64,000 nucleotides of DNA, taken from assembly GCA_963845295.1 (NCBI GenBank), contig CAWJRP010000018.1:1003-65002 (forward strand), read 5' to 3'. Positions within the stretch are counted from its first letter, which is position 1. Each line of letters begins with the position of its first letter. The notes under the pieces are model-generated. The model worked only from the letters and a program-made list of their open reading frames with translations, had not been told where the DNA came from and did not search any database. Both the position numbers and the translations under genes were made by a program. Origin of the DNA: Sulfurimonadaceae bacterium (lineage in GTDB: Bacteria; Campylobacterota; Campylobacteria; Campylobacterales; Sulfurimonadaceae). Below, one piece after another: positions 51,714 through 63,235 of this stretch.

Positions 51714-53996
51714 GTGAAAGTTGGTTTAAGTATGCTTTTTCGTGGATTTCTTTTTCTTGTCAGCTTAATCGCCATTCTAAACGGTGCCGATCTCGAAAAA
51801 GTCTCCGTTCAGCTCGACTGGAAATATCAGTTTGAATATGCCGGATACATTGCGGCTAAAGAGAAGGGATACTATAAAAACGTTGGGCTTGATGTCGAGC
51901 TGCGTGAATATCATGAAGGGACCGACGTCGTATCCGATGTTTTGAACGGCAAAGCAACGTACGGAATATATAACAGCAGTATTGTGGTCGAAAATGGGCG
52001 TATAAAACCGATTGTCCTTATGGCGACATACTTACAACATTCTCCTTTAGTTTTTGTCACTCGAAAGGGGTTGAAAAATCCTGCTGATTTGATTGGTAAA
52101 ACAATCATGGCAACCAATAATGAACTCAATCACAGTACTTTATCGCTGCTTATGTCCCATTTTGATATCACCCCCTCAAACAGCCGCTTAATCAATCAAA
52201 CCTTCACCATCAAACCTTTTGTTCGTCATAAAGTCGACGCAATGAGTGCATATCGTTCTAATCAGCTCTATGAGCTTGATAAAGAGAAAATTCCCTACAA
52301 TATTATTGATCCTATTGACTACGGATTTGTGATGAATGCGGGTAATCTTTTTACCTCTCATCAAGAAGCGATTGAGCACACTCAACGGGGACAAAAATTT
52401 ATCGATGCGACCAATCGTGGCTGGAAATATGCAATTGATCATCCTGATGAGATGATAGAGATTCTAAAACAAAAATATGGGGTTAAAAAATCTCGTGAAG
52501 CGCTAATATATGAAGCAAATGTGATCAAAAAACTGATGATGATTGATTTGTATAAAATCGGAGAAACAAACGGTGAATTCACTCTGCGTCTTTATAAACA
52601 ATTGTTTCATGCCGGTATGATTCAGAAAGATCAGACATTAGGGCAATTTTTATTTCAAGATATTGTAGCCAGTTCACAGAGCAGCTTTCAGCTGACTCAT
52701 GCAGAAAAAAACTATCTTCAGCAAAAGAAAAAAATTATGATGTGTGTTGATCCGGAATGGTATCCTCTCGAAGCCATTAGAGAAGGAAAACATATCGGTA
52801 TCGCCTCGGATGTGATGAAAACTTTCGAGTCTAAAATAGGTACTCCTATTGACCTCGTGAAAACCGCTACGTGGAATGAATCACTGCTCATGGCACAAAA
52901 TCGTCAATGTGATATTTTAGCGTTGGCGGCAAAAACGGCTGAGCGTGAGAAATATTTGAATTTTACGTCAACTTATTTGAGCCTTCCGTATGTGATAGTT
53001 ACGACGATGGAGAAACCTTTTAGCGAAAATATAGAGCTTCTTAAAGATAAGAAGATCGGAGTCGTAAAAGGGTATGAAATACTCGATCGATTAAAAAAAC
53101 GTTGTCCTAAACTCAATATCATCGAAGTTGAATCGATCAATGACGGATTAAAAAAAGTTGAAAACGGTCAGCTATACGGTTATGTTGACAATCTGGTAGT
53201 AGCAACCTCCTATATTCAAAAAGATTATACCGGCAGTTTAAAAGTTTCATTGCGTTTGGAAGAAAAAGATGAGTTGCGTGTGGCGGTTCGGAATGATGAA
53301 CCGCTTCTTTATGATATTTTTGAAAAATTGGTGGTACAGTTAGACCAACCCACTATACAAAAATGTTATAACGGCTGGGCATCGACGATTGAACAGGTAG
53401 CATGGCTTGATCGACCTATGATCTGGAAAATAGTCTCTGTATTGATCCTTATAGGAGCTGTTTTTATCTGGCGATATACCCTTTTAAAACGTTACAATAC
53501 CCGCTTGCTTGAACTCTCAACCACCGATAAACTTACTGGACTTTATAATCGTCAAAAAACCGATCAAAAACTGAGTGAAGAGCAGAAAAAAGTGAGCCGA
53601 AACCCCAATTACCATTGCTGTGTCATGATGATTGATGTCGATTTTTTCAAAAGTATCAATGACACATTAGGGCATCAGGAGGGAGACAAAGTATTGCGAG
53701 ATTTGGCTCAAGTGATGCAGGCATCACTCCGTAAAACCGATACGATCGGACGATGGGGGGGAGAAGAGTTTATCGTCATTCTCTCCAACACACGATTAGA
53801 AGAGGCTTTGAATGTTGCTGAGCACCTTCGAAAAAGAGTAGCTGAATATCCGTTTACAGTACTGTATCCGGTAACAGTTAGTATCGGAGTGGGAGAGTTT
53901 ATTTTTTCGGAAGAGGTTCATGCGTGTGTCGGTAGAGTTGATGCAGCATTGTATAAAGCAAAAGAGAGCGGTAGAGACAAGGTTGTTTCAACCTAA
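51714..53996 (+). CDS. Diguanylate cyclase with NMT1-like and SBP_bac_3 periplasmic domains
   Basis: QLDWKYQFEYAGYIAAKEKGYY, VDPEWYP, TM, DKLTGLYNR and RWGGEEF. Confidence 0.9.
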   Translation: MKVGLSMLFRGFLFLVSLIAILNGADLEKVSVQLDWKYQFEYAGYIAAKEKGYYKNVGLDVELREYHEGTDVVSDVLNGKATYGIYNSSIVVENGRIKPIVLMATYLQHSPLVFVTRKGLKNPADLIGKTIMATNNELNHSTLSLLMSHFDITPSNSRLINQTFTIKPFVRHKVDAMSAYRSNQLYELDKEKIPYNIIDPIDYGFVMNAGNLFTSHQEAIEHTQRGQKFIDATNRGWKYAIDHPDEMIEILKQKYGVKKSREALIYEANVIKKLMMIDLYKIGETNGEFTLRLYKQLFHAGMIQKDQTLGQFLFQDIVASSQSSFQLTHAEKNYLQQKKKIMMCVDPEWYPLEAIREGKHIGIASDVMKTFESKIGTPIDLVKTATWNESLLMAQNRQCDILALAAKTAEREKYLNFTSTYLSLPYVIVTTMEKPFSENIELLKDKKIGVVKGYEILDRLKKRCPKLNIIEVESINDGLKKVENGQLYGYVDNLVVATSYIQKDYTGSLKVSLRLEEKDELRVAVRNDEPLLYDIFEKLVVQLDQPTIQKCYNGWASTIEQVAWLDRPMIWKIVSVLILIGAVFIWRYTLLKRYNTRLLELSTTDKLTGLYNRQKTDQKLSEEQKKVSRNPNYHCCVMMIDVDFFKSINDTLGHQEGDKVLRDLAQVMQASLRKTDTIGRWGGEEFIVILSNTRLEEALNVAEHLRKRVAEYPFTVLYPVTVSIGVGEFIFSEEVHACVGRVDAALYKAKESGRDKVVST

Positions 53997-54003
53997 GTAA
54001 TTC

Positions 54004-54022
54004 TTCCCCTCAACTAGGGGAA
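54004..54022. terminator. Hairpin between convergent genes
   Basis: TTCCCCT-CAACT-AGGGGAA; no clear downstream U-tract on either strand. Confidence 0.4.
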
Positions 54023-54034
54023 AAAACAAATCTG

Positions 54035-55643
54035 TTACGTTCTAAAAACAGCGATTTGAGCGGTGAGTTGTTCCGTCATTTGGTGCAGATGCTCAGCTGC
54101 TGCAGCGATCTCTTCAACACTGCGTGCATTGCTTGTTGAGAGTTCATTGATGTTACCGATTTTATGGATAATCGATTCCGTCGTTACTGCATTGCCTTGT
54201 GTTTCATTCGAGAGTTTTTCGATGGCAGTGACCGTATCGGCTAACGCATTGACCGCCGTTTCGGTATGGTTGTTCACCTCTGCTGATGCTTCTACCAGGG
54301 TTTCGATCCGTTTGGTGTTGTGGTTCATTTGATCGGTGATATCGTTGATCGATTGGACGATGACATTAACGGTCGCATTGGTCTCTACGAGACTTTTTTG
54401 GGTACGTTCAGCGAGTTTGCGTACTTCATCGGCAACAACGGCAAATCCGCGTCCGTGTTCACCCGCACGTGCCGCTTCGATGGCGGCATTAAGGGCAAGA
54501 AGGTTTGTTTGATCGGCGATATCGGCGATAACGGTGAGGACTTGTTTAACTTGGGAAGCTTCTTGAGAGAGGGAGTTGAGACGATCATTAATCTCCCCTT
54601 CCATTTGTACTGTAATAGAGAGCTGATCAATGGTGTTATGCAGAGCCGATTGTGCTTCTTGTAGGTTTTCACGAGCACCGAGTGCTTTGTCACGTACACT
54701 TTGCGCTTCGCTAGCAGAGGCTTTCATTGCCTCTTTCATTTTATCGGATTCAACCGTCGTTTGAGTAACGATTTTGGCTTGTTCTTCAGCTGCTCTTCCG
54801 ATAGAAAGGGTGGTAGCCGAGAGTTCAGCCGATACGGAGAGATTTTCAGATGAAGCGGATCGGATACCGCTAAATGCTTGGCGGAGGGTGTTGACAAGTT
54901 CGTTGACACTTCGGCTCATAAGGGCGAGCTCATCGTTGACCTTCGATTTTTGTTGTATGGGTAAAGTCACGCTCTTGGGCAACAACTCGGATCATCTCTT
55001 CCAAACGTGAGATAGACGACGTGATGTTGCGAATGAGCAGATAAAACATGGTTACCATTACCATCGCGGTTAAAATCATGACACTGTCCATTACAGTTGC
55101 ATTTTTATTGAGTCGGTTTATATTCGACTCTTTCATGGTATTATTTAATTTTTTAGAGTTATCAACGTAGGTTTTTTGTAACTCTTCAGCCTTTTTAACG
55201 AGCTCTTTTAGCTCGTGCCCTTCAGCAGAATTTTTGAACTCTTCTTCAAAAATTTTATTGCCGTGCTTTTGTATGATAGTGATACGTGGAGCATTACCGT
55301 CCATCCATGCTTGATGCTGAGAGATTAAATCTTTGAGAGTCAATTGGTTTTTTTCTGACATGGTAATTGCTAATAAATCTTCCAACGCCTTGGTAAGTTT
55401 TTGGTTGCGATCTTCATATTTTGATAGATATTCAGAGTCTCCCGCATGTAACTGAAAGCCTCGCAGTTCCATAATTGCACCGTTGGTATTTGCCCGTATA
55501 TCGGCTAATAACACCATTCTGGTAGTAGTTGCTTCTGCATCTTTATTATTGGAATACGACAAATAGATGAGAACCAAATAGGTAACTAAACTTAATGCCA
55601 TCATGGCGCTAAGTTTTCCTTTAATTGTGGATAAATTGATCAT
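54035..55643 (-). CDS. Methyl-accepting chemotaxis protein (four-helix sensor); one frameshift near 54940
   Basis: TM-periplasmic-TM-HAMP in ORF 54930..55643 continues into the signalling domain of ORF 54035..54985. Confidence 0.9.
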
Positions 55644-55718
55644 TTATATCCCTATAGAAAAAATTTTGTTAATTTTATCTAAAATTAGGTTAAAACGAAT
55701 GATGCGTTATCTTTATTA

Positions 55719-55907
55719 TTATTCATGCGATGATCTGCTTTGACTCTCTTTATACATTTTAGAGAGTTTTTGAAGTTCTGAATTCATAGTTTTAGCAGGA
55801 ACTTTGGAAGATTGAAGAGGGAGAATAAAAGCTAAAAGGATAAAAACCAGGCTAAAAATAACACCGCTTAGAAGTGCTAAAATAATTTTGAGTTTTTCAT
55901 CCTTCAT
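55719..55907 (-). CDS. Small single-TM hypothetical protein
   Basis: 62 aa, GGGAG SD, hydrophobic N-terminus. Confidence 0.6.
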   Translation of the reverse strand: MKDEKLKIILALLSGVIFSLVFILLAFILPLQSSKVPAKTMNSELQKLSKMYKESQSRSSHE

Positions 55908-55950
55908 AATAATCTCCCAATTTCGAAATTGGAATATTATAGCTTAAAAA

Positions 55951-56478
55951 TTATGACAGCTTGCCTGAGGAGATAAGGTTGTTAACAATATCCATATTTT
56001 TCATTACACGGTTGTAGTAAGTATAATTCGTGGTTCCGCCGTTGTATCCGCTGATAGCGTAAAAGTGATTTAATCGTTGATTTTGGAGTAAAACTATATA
56101 GTGTGCAGCGACTTGAGCAGAGAGTTTGATATCACCTAATAATCGACCTGCAAGTTGAATATCGCTGAGGTTATTGAGCCAGTGCAGTTTTTTAACATTT
56201 TGTGATACGTGGCGTGCGGTAGCCACTTGGATTTGCATAGCTCCAAGGGAAGCCTTGGTAAGTGATTTCTTATGCTTGAAATCACCGATGGTATTTTGAC
56301 CGGCATCGCTTTCCGTTAAACAAATTGCACTGAGCGTATTCTCATATGTTTTGCCGTTTTTATCAGGGATCGATTTGGCGACATCTCGTACGGTTTGCAA
56401 AACATGGAGTTGTTTAGGGGTCATCGGATCAGCTAAAAGTGACAAAGCAAATAGTAATATTAGGGAAAGAAATCTCAA
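55951..56478 (-). CDS. Exported lysozyme-like / lytic transglycosylase protein
   Basis: Signal peptide; LTESDAG (catalytic Glu), GAMQI and GYNGG...YYNRV. Confidence 0.7.
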   Translation of the reverse strand: MRFLSLILLFALSLLADPMTPKQLHVLQTVRDVAKSIPDKNGKTYENTLSAICLTESDAGQNTIGDFKHKKSLTKASLGAMQIQVATARHVSQNVKKLHWLNNLSDIQLAGRLLGDIKLSAQVAAHYIVLLQNQRLNHFYAISGYNGGTTNYTYYNRVMKNMDIVNNLISSGKLS

Positions 56479-56613
56479 AAGTTACACCTCAAAAATGGAA
56501 TGTGAAATTTTAGGGTACTGGGGAAGATATAACAATGGTGTGGCCTTTCTAAATGAATCAGTTAAGAAAAAGTAATAGAAAAGGGGGGTATCCTACCCCA
56601 TGGCGGGAAACAA

Positions 56614-57255
56614 GTGATTAAGATTGAGTCAAAATATGGGTATTGTATGTTAAATAATATTACAAATGTCTATACTCGTTTAAGTTTCAAGCTGAAAAGT
56701 TTCCAAAAAGTATCAAAAAAAAGGGTTGAAATAGTGTCAATGAGTAAAAATGAAACAATTTTTGTCCGATTAATGATTCTCTTGATAGGGATAGTCCCTT
56801 TACATGCAGAAATTACAGTCGGATTGCTCACTTCGATTGAAAATAATAGCAAACAAAATCTTCTCTATCAAAATATTCCTATCGTATGTGAGCCTTTTGG
56901 TATTATTACGTTGGAAAAAATGGTACTGAGCGGTGCTTCACCTCAAGAGTGCCGATCAGCTGTAGAAACATTTTATATTGCCCATCCTCATGATAAACAA
57001 TTTGCCCGTGAGCACTTAATTCTCCAACAATCCTATCATTATGAAACCATTAGTGAAGGGTGTGTACTATATGCAAACGGTACAGAAACCTACAGTGAGA
57101 TGTTGTTACGAGCGGGGCTAGCCTTGATTGATCCTAAATTCAATCAAAAAGAGTGGAATGTGAAATTAAAACGTGCCGAGCAAGGGGCCCAAAAAGAGAA
57201 AGCGGGGCTGCATGATACATTAATAAGAAAGTGGTGTATTAAAGAGGAGAAGTAG
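56614..57255 (+). CDS. Thermonuclease (SNase)-like protein, probably degenerate
   Basis: C-terminal YSEMLLRAGLA...AEQGAQKEKAGLH resembles SNase; start uncertain. Confidence 0.5.
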   Translation: MIKIESKYGYCMLNNITNVYTRLSFKLKSFQKVSKKRVEIVSMSKNETIFVRLMILLIGIVPLHAEITVGLLTSIENNSKQNLLYQNIPIVCEPFGIITLEKMVLSGASPQECRSAVETFYIAHPHDKQFAREHLILQQSYHYETISEGCVLYANGTETYSEMLLRAGLALIDPKFNQKEWNVKLKRAEQGAQKEKAGLHDTLIRKWCIKEEK

Positions 57256-57257
57256 TG

Positions 57258-57557
57258 TTAGAGTTTCTCATCGCTTGTCGTGAGATAAATCCAGAATTCT
57301 TTATGGCTTTTTCCATGATCTAGGAAGTAAATCTGCAAAATAGCAACCCGATAAAGGGTGATTACCATTTTAGCATACGGTATAGCTAGTGAGAGGGCGA
57401 GCCACCATGGTTGCTCGCGATCCCCTTTAGAATGCATCATTTCATCAACTCCGATATTTTTACTCAGATAGAGACCAAACGCTATCGAAAAAGCAAAATT
57501 TAGAATCAGCCCAAAAATGGCATAGGCAAAAAAATCAGGAGAGTCGAAATTATTCAT
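57258..57557 (-). CDS. Hypothetical membrane protein
   Basis: 99 aa with two hydrophobic segments, downstream of ppa. Confidence 0.7.
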   Translation of the reverse strand: MNNFDSPDFFAYAIFGLILNFAFSIAFGLYLSKNIGVDEMMHSKGDREQPWWLALSLAIPYAKMVITLYRVAILQIYFLDHGKSHKEFWIYLTTSDEKL

Positions 57558-57563
57558 TAATGG

Positions 57564-58085
57564 TTACTCTTTATAATTCTTGATAGCGTCTTCAAGGATT
57601 TTGGTTGCTGATGCTTTGTCCTCAAACCCTTTTACTTTTACCCATTTGCCCGGCTCTAACATTTTATAAGTCTCAAAGAAGTTTTTGATTTTTGCCAAAG
57701 TGTGTTTCGGAATATCTCCAAGGTCTTGGATCTCTTCGAAAGTAGGGTCAATTTTAGAGGTTGGAACCGCAAGGAGTTTTTCATCTATACCGCTTTCGTC
57801 TTCCATAATAAGAACACCTACAAGACGACAGTTCGTTACACACCCTTCAACCATAGGGTATTCAGTAAGGATTAAAATGTCGGCCGGATCACCGTCTTGA
57901 GAAAGGGTTTTATTCACAAAGCCATAGTTTGCCGGATAGTACATTGCTGAGTGCATAACACGATCAAGTACCAAAGCACCGCTCTCTTTTTCAACTTCGT
58001 ATTTGATGTTTGATCCGCATGCAATTTCAATAATTGCTTTGACTTTATCGGGATTTTCGCCGTAACCGATTTTGCTTAGATCCAT
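57564..58085 (-). CDS. ppa: Inorganic pyrophosphatase (family I)
   Basis: YPANYGF, DGDPADI, MEDESGIDEK and FFETYKMLE. Confidence 0.95.
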   Translation of the reverse strand: MDLSKIGYGENPDKVKAIIEIACGSNIKYEVEKESGALVLDRVMHSAMYYPANYGFVNKTLSQDGDPADILILTEYPMVEGCVTNCRLVGVLIMEDESGIDEKLLAVPTSKIDPTFEEIQDLGDIPKHTLAKIKNFFETYKMLEPGKWVKVKGFEDKASATKILEDAIKNYKE

Positions 58086-58244
58086 TGTGATACCTCTGTA
58101 TATAAAATAGTGAGGCGGATTGTAACGAAAGAAACTAAAAGGTTCATTGAAATAGGACGCAGTAAATCTTTTTTAATGAACTTTATACTAGAATCACGCA
58201 TCGTGTAAAGATTACGCGTGCAAATTAAACAGGGGATAGTGAAA

Positions 58245-58542
58245 ATGGCATTACTGAAAAAAGTAATGAAATATTTGACAATGTTTCAATCCAAGAATGC
58301 CCCGAAATCTCAAAACTTTGCAGGTGATGCATCGACATGATCGTGCACAAGGTGCCAAAGTAGCAGCAATTGCAGCGGTATTGCACCACCATGATTTGGA
58401 AAACAGTGATGTACGAGCAAAAGTAGCGGCGATTGCTGCTGCACTGCACCATCATGAAATGGAAAACTCTCAAAATGGTGGCTTGTTAGGAATCGCGGCA
58501 CTGGTAGCTGCAATTCACCACCGTAATAATATAAAGAAGTAG
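58245..58542 (+). CDS. OadG-like protein with three (V)AAIAAxxHH(H) motifs; 5' frame uncertain
   Basis: KVAAIAAVLHHH, KVAAIAAALHHH and IAALVAAIHH directly upstream of pycB/oadA. Confidence 0.65.
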
Positions 58543-58553
58543 GGATTACGTAA

Positions 58554-60379
58554 ATGGCAAAAAAATACATCGATGTGATGGACACCACGTTCCGTGACGG
58601 CTTTCAGTCTGTATTCGGCGGTCGGGTGTTGATGGAAGATTTCTTCCCAGCCCTCGAAGCGGCCAAAGAAGCAGGAATCCGACATTTTGAATTTGGAGGC
58701 GGAGCACGCTTTCAAAGCCTTTTTTTCTATCTAAATGAAAATGCATTCGATATGATGGACCGTTTCCGCGCTATTGTGGGACCGGACGCAAATCTTCAAA
58801 CCCTTGCACGCGGGGTTAATACGGTTATGCTCGATACGGGTAGCCGTGAAATGGTCGATTTGCATGCAAAAATGTTCAAAAAACACGGAACAACAACGAT
58901 CCGTAATTTTGATGCATTGAATGATGTCGAAAATCTTAAATACTCCGGTGAGCGCATCGCTCATCACGGACTAAAGCACGAAGTCGTTGTAACGATGATG
59001 GATCTTCCTCCGGGATGTGTCGGAGCACATGACGTTGCATTTTATGAAAAAACGCTTCGTGAGATTTTGGATTCAGGTATTCCGTATGATTCAATTTGTT
59101 TTAAAGATGCCAGCGGAACATCGAGCCCTCACAAAATCCATGAAACCATTAAAATGGCACGTCGTCTTGTTCCTGAGGGAACTCATTTACGTCTACATAC
59201 CCATGAAACTGCGGGTGTGAGTGTTGCGGCTTATCTCGCGGCACTTGATGCGGGAGTAGACGGTATTGATATGGCGGCGGCTCCTGTGAGCGGCGGTACG
59301 TCACAACCGGATATTCTGACGATGCTTCATGCAACCAAGGGTATGAATTACGATCTCGGTGGACTTGAACTCGAAAAAATCCTCAAATACGAAGATGTAT
59401 TGGGCGATTGTTTGAGCGATTATTTCATGCCGCCGGAAGCGACACAGGTTTCACCTTTGATCCCGTTCTCTCCTATGCCGGGAGGTGCACTGACTGCTAA
59501 TACCCAGATGATGCGTGATAACAACATGTTGGATCGTTATCCGGAAGTGATACATGCGATGCGTGAAGTAGTTGAACGGGGCGGATACGGTACGTCGGTA
59601 ACACCGGTTTCTCAGTTTTATTTCCAGCAGGCGCTGAACAATGCTCTTTTGGGGCCATGGAAAAAAATTGCTCCGGGTTATGGGAAAATGGTTTTAGGTT
59701 ATTTCGGCAAAACGCCGGTTGAACCTGATCCTATGGTAGTTACTATTGCACATGAGCAACTTAAACTTGAACCGACTACCGATCATGCAATCGACATCGC
59801 CGATCGTGATGAGACAAAATCAATCGCCTATTGGACTCAAAAATTGAGTGACGAAGGTCTTGAAGCAACGGATGAGAATATTTTCATCGCTGCGTCATGT
59901 GATGTAAAAGGGATCGCTTTCCTCAAAGGGGAAGCAACCGTCAATGTTCGAAAAAATAGCCCGAAAACGGCAGAATCAAAACAACAAACACTAAAACAGG
60001 AGAATTTCACAATGGCAAATGGAACGTACACAGTAATCGTAGACGGACAACAATATAATGTACAAATCGTAGATGGTAACGCAAATGTTCAATCAGTATC
60101 AGTAGCAGCACCGGTTGCGGCTCCAATAGCGCAGCAGCACCGGTTGCAGCAGCACCTGTAGCAAATGCAAACGCGATTTGTGCGGAACTTCCGGGTTCAG
60201 TATTTAAGCTTGTTGCAGCAGTTGGCGATAGTGTTAATGCAGGTGATAAAATTATGATTCTAGAAGCGATGAAAATGGAGATCGATGTAGTTGCTCCGCG
60301 TAACGGAAAAGTAACGTCAATCAACGTGCAAGTCAATGATAAAATTGAAGCCGGGCAAGTATTAGCAGTAGTAGAATAA
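58554..60379 (+). CDS. pycB: Pyruvate carboxylase subunit B / oxaloacetate decarboxylase alpha; frameshift near 60135
   Basis: DTTFRDGFQS, FKDASG, HTH, MPGG and VTPVSQ; biotinyl domain LEAMKME in the next frame ending at TAA 60379. Confidence 0.9.
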
Positions 60380-60396
60380 CTCTTCTTTCTTCTCCC

Positions 60397-61359
60397 TTAA
60401 CGAGGGAGAAGCTTCGTCGATTCCTCATTCATTTTTTCAACAATCAGTGCTATGATATTTTCACTTTTTGTTTTGTCAATAAACCCATCAGCCCCTAAAG
60501 AAGCCGCTTCACGTTTGTTGTTTTCACCTGTCATAGAACTGTTGACAATGATTGGGATTGATTTAGTTAGATTATTGGCTTTAAGATGCTGAATAACGGT
60601 AAAACCTGACATCTCCGGCATTTCGATATCGGTGATAATAGCCGGGATTGAAGCTGGATCTGGGTGTCTAGTGATAAACTCAACCAAGTCCCGTCCATTA
60701 TTAAAAATTTGGAATCCGATATGAGCATGTTCAAAGATTTGGCGAAGATGGCGCTGTGCTGTTTTGGAATCTTCAGCGATCAATACAACACCATTTTTCA
60801 GCTTATCTGGCATTGTTAGATTATGAAGTGATTTTGTTGCATTGCTGACATTAACCATAGCTTGAGGAATAACATCCGCTAAAAGTTTTTCATAATCAAG
60901 TACCAAACATAAGCTACCGTCATCAAGACGGGTATCATTGATAACCAGACCGTCATCACCTAAGCGGTAACTGTCCGGTGCGTGCATTTCATTCCAGTTT
61001 TTCTTGATTACACGGTATGCAAACATGATACGGATTCCGATGACAATTCCGTTAAAATCACAAATCAGTAGATTGGACGCTTTACGTTTATCCTCTGCTA
61101 ACTCAACTCCAAGCCATTTAGGAAGGTTTAAAATCGGAATTTGGAGTTCACGTAAGACGATCGTCCCCTCTAATAGAGTATGTGCTCCGGGAATCTGCGT
61201 GAGGTGATGACGTTTTGATTCAACCACTTCACGGGTTTTGAAAACATTGATCGCATAATAGGGAGATTCTTCGGCTGCATCTATTTTAAAAACCAATAAT
61301 TGTACTTCATTGTTTTTAGCTAAATTTGTGGCGGCGTCGACGTGTTCTAAAAGAGACAT
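60397..61359 (-). CDS. cheV: Chemotaxis protein CheV (CheW plus REC)
   Basis: YAINVFKTREV, AEDS and TDIEMPEMSG. Confidence 0.92.
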   Translation of the reverse strand: MSLLEHVDAATNLAKNNEVQLLVFKIDAAEESPYYAINVFKTREVVESKRHHLTQIPGAHTLLEGTIVLRELQIPILNLPKWLGVELAEDKRKASNLLICDFNGIVIGIRIMFAYRVIKKNWNEMHAPDSYRLGDDGLVINDTRLDDGSLCLVLDYEKLLADVIPQAMVNVSNATKSLHNLTMPDKLKNGVVLIAEDSKTAQRHLRQIFEHAHIGFQIFNNGRDLVEFITRHPDPASIPAIITDIEMPEMSGFTVIQHLKANNLTKSIPIIVNSSMTGENNKREAASLGADGFIDKTKSENIIALIVEKMNEESTKLLPR

Positions 61360-61486
61360 AGTGACCTCAAAATATTTATATTCTTTAATGATATCCAATT
61401 CAGGGGTTTTTTTTACTAAAACATAAAGGGTGTGAGGGGTAAAATGCGGTAAAGATGATAAATAACTTTATAACAAGAAAGAAAAA

Positions 61487-63227
61487 TTGAGTGTAATGAA
61501 CCCGACAACCGTTTGCCCATTGGATTGTTACGATGCCTGCCGAATTCTGCTTGACAAGAACGGTAAGCTAAAGGGGGATCAAACACACCCGGTTACGCGT
61601 GGTTATTTATGTCCGAATCTCAACCATTTTAGTGAACAGCAGCGTTTGATTACTCCGAAATTTCGAGGTGAAGAGCTCTCAATAGAGGGTGCAATTCAGA
61701 TATTAATTGAGGTTTTAAAAAGCTCAAAACCTGACCAAAACCTTTATTACCGTGGAAGCGGAAATGTGGGTTTAATGCAACGCAGTTGTGAGCATTTTTT
61801 TGCCGGGGTCAATGCGGTCGGAACCTCTGGAAGCTTGTGCGACGGTGCGGGAGAAGCAGGTGTTTTAGCAGGGCGGGGAAGTAATGAGATATTAGCACCG
61901 CATATGATAAGTGAGAGTGAAGTGGTAATTGTATGGGGGCGTAATCCTCATACAACCCATTCACATCTACTCCCTTTTTTAGAAGAAAAAACGATCATTG
62001 TTATTGATCCAGTGAAAACGGCGATGGCACAAAAAGCAGATCTTTATATCCAGATTAAACCTCACGGTGATTTGCATTTGGCTTTATTATTAAGCCGTTT
62101 TGCGATTATCGAGGAGTTGCATGACAGAGCGTTTTTAGAAGAGCATGCGTCTGAATATAACGATTTTTATGAATTAACCCAGAGTGTACGAATCAAAGCC
62201 ACTCTTGATGCTATTGGTGTTACACTCGGTCAGATCGGGATGGTATTAGAACTCATGAGAGGGAAAAAAACGGTTATACTCGTCGGTGCCGGTGTCCAAA
62301 AATATCGTAACGGTGCCGATGTCCTCCGTGCAATTGATGGTTTCGGAGCGATTATGGGACTTTTTGGTAAGAGAGGATGCGGGGTTAGCTATGTCGGAAA
62401 CTCACTCAGTAATATCGTATTGCCGTTTGAATCGATCTCCAAGCGTGTAAGTAAAGCGAGTGTTGATTTTTCAAAGTATAATTGTGTTTTCATTCAAGGT
62501 GCGAACCCTTTGGCTCAGATGCCTAATAGCGATGGTGTTAAGCGGTCGTTTAAAGAAGCGGAGTTCAGTGTTTATTTCGGGCTTTATGAAAATGAAACGT
62601 CGAATGCAGCTGATTTGGTGATACCGGCAAAAACATTTTTGGAAAAAAATGATTTTCGCAGTTCATACGGGGATTACACCCTCCAAGAGATGACTCAAAT
62701 GCTGGAGAATGATGTGGGTATCAGCGAATATGAGCTAACGAAAAGATTGTCCGAAGCGTTCGGGGTACCCTTTGAGCGTGAAGAGTATTATTTGGATTTT
62801 TTTCGAAATCAAATTGAGTATTCTGATGGTGTCGGGTACCGTCCTTCCAGGCCGGATATTCCTTATGAAGAGGGATTTAAAAACGGAGAATTTGAATTTT
62901 TAGATGAGGTTGATTTGGAGATTGATACGAGTGAAGGGTTTTATCTCATCACTTCGAAATATCCCAAAGGGCTGAATTCTCAGTTTAAACGCTCTGTTGG
63001 TGTCTATTTCCATCCTGAAGCAGGATTTGATGAGGGAGAGATTGTTCATCTCTCATCACGAATCGGAGAAACAGATATGGTTGTTAAGCACGATGATCGA
63101 CTCAGGCATGACTCTCTACTGATCTATTCGGGAACGCCGGATGTGAATATTTTGACCCCTCCATATTTAAGTTATGAAGGTGAGAATGCCGTGTATCAGG
63201 AAATAAAAATAAAGGTGACTAAAAAAA

Positions 63228-63235
<8 letters not shown>
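61487..63235 (+). CDS. Molybdopterin-dependent oxidoreductase
   Basis: CPLDCYDAC...GYLC, WGRNP, VIDP and ADLVIPA. Confidence 0.88.

Noticed and set aside
43190-54540. Inverted similarity between about 43200-43330 and 54400-54530
   Set aside because: Conserved MCP signalling hairpin in two paralogous chemoreceptors.
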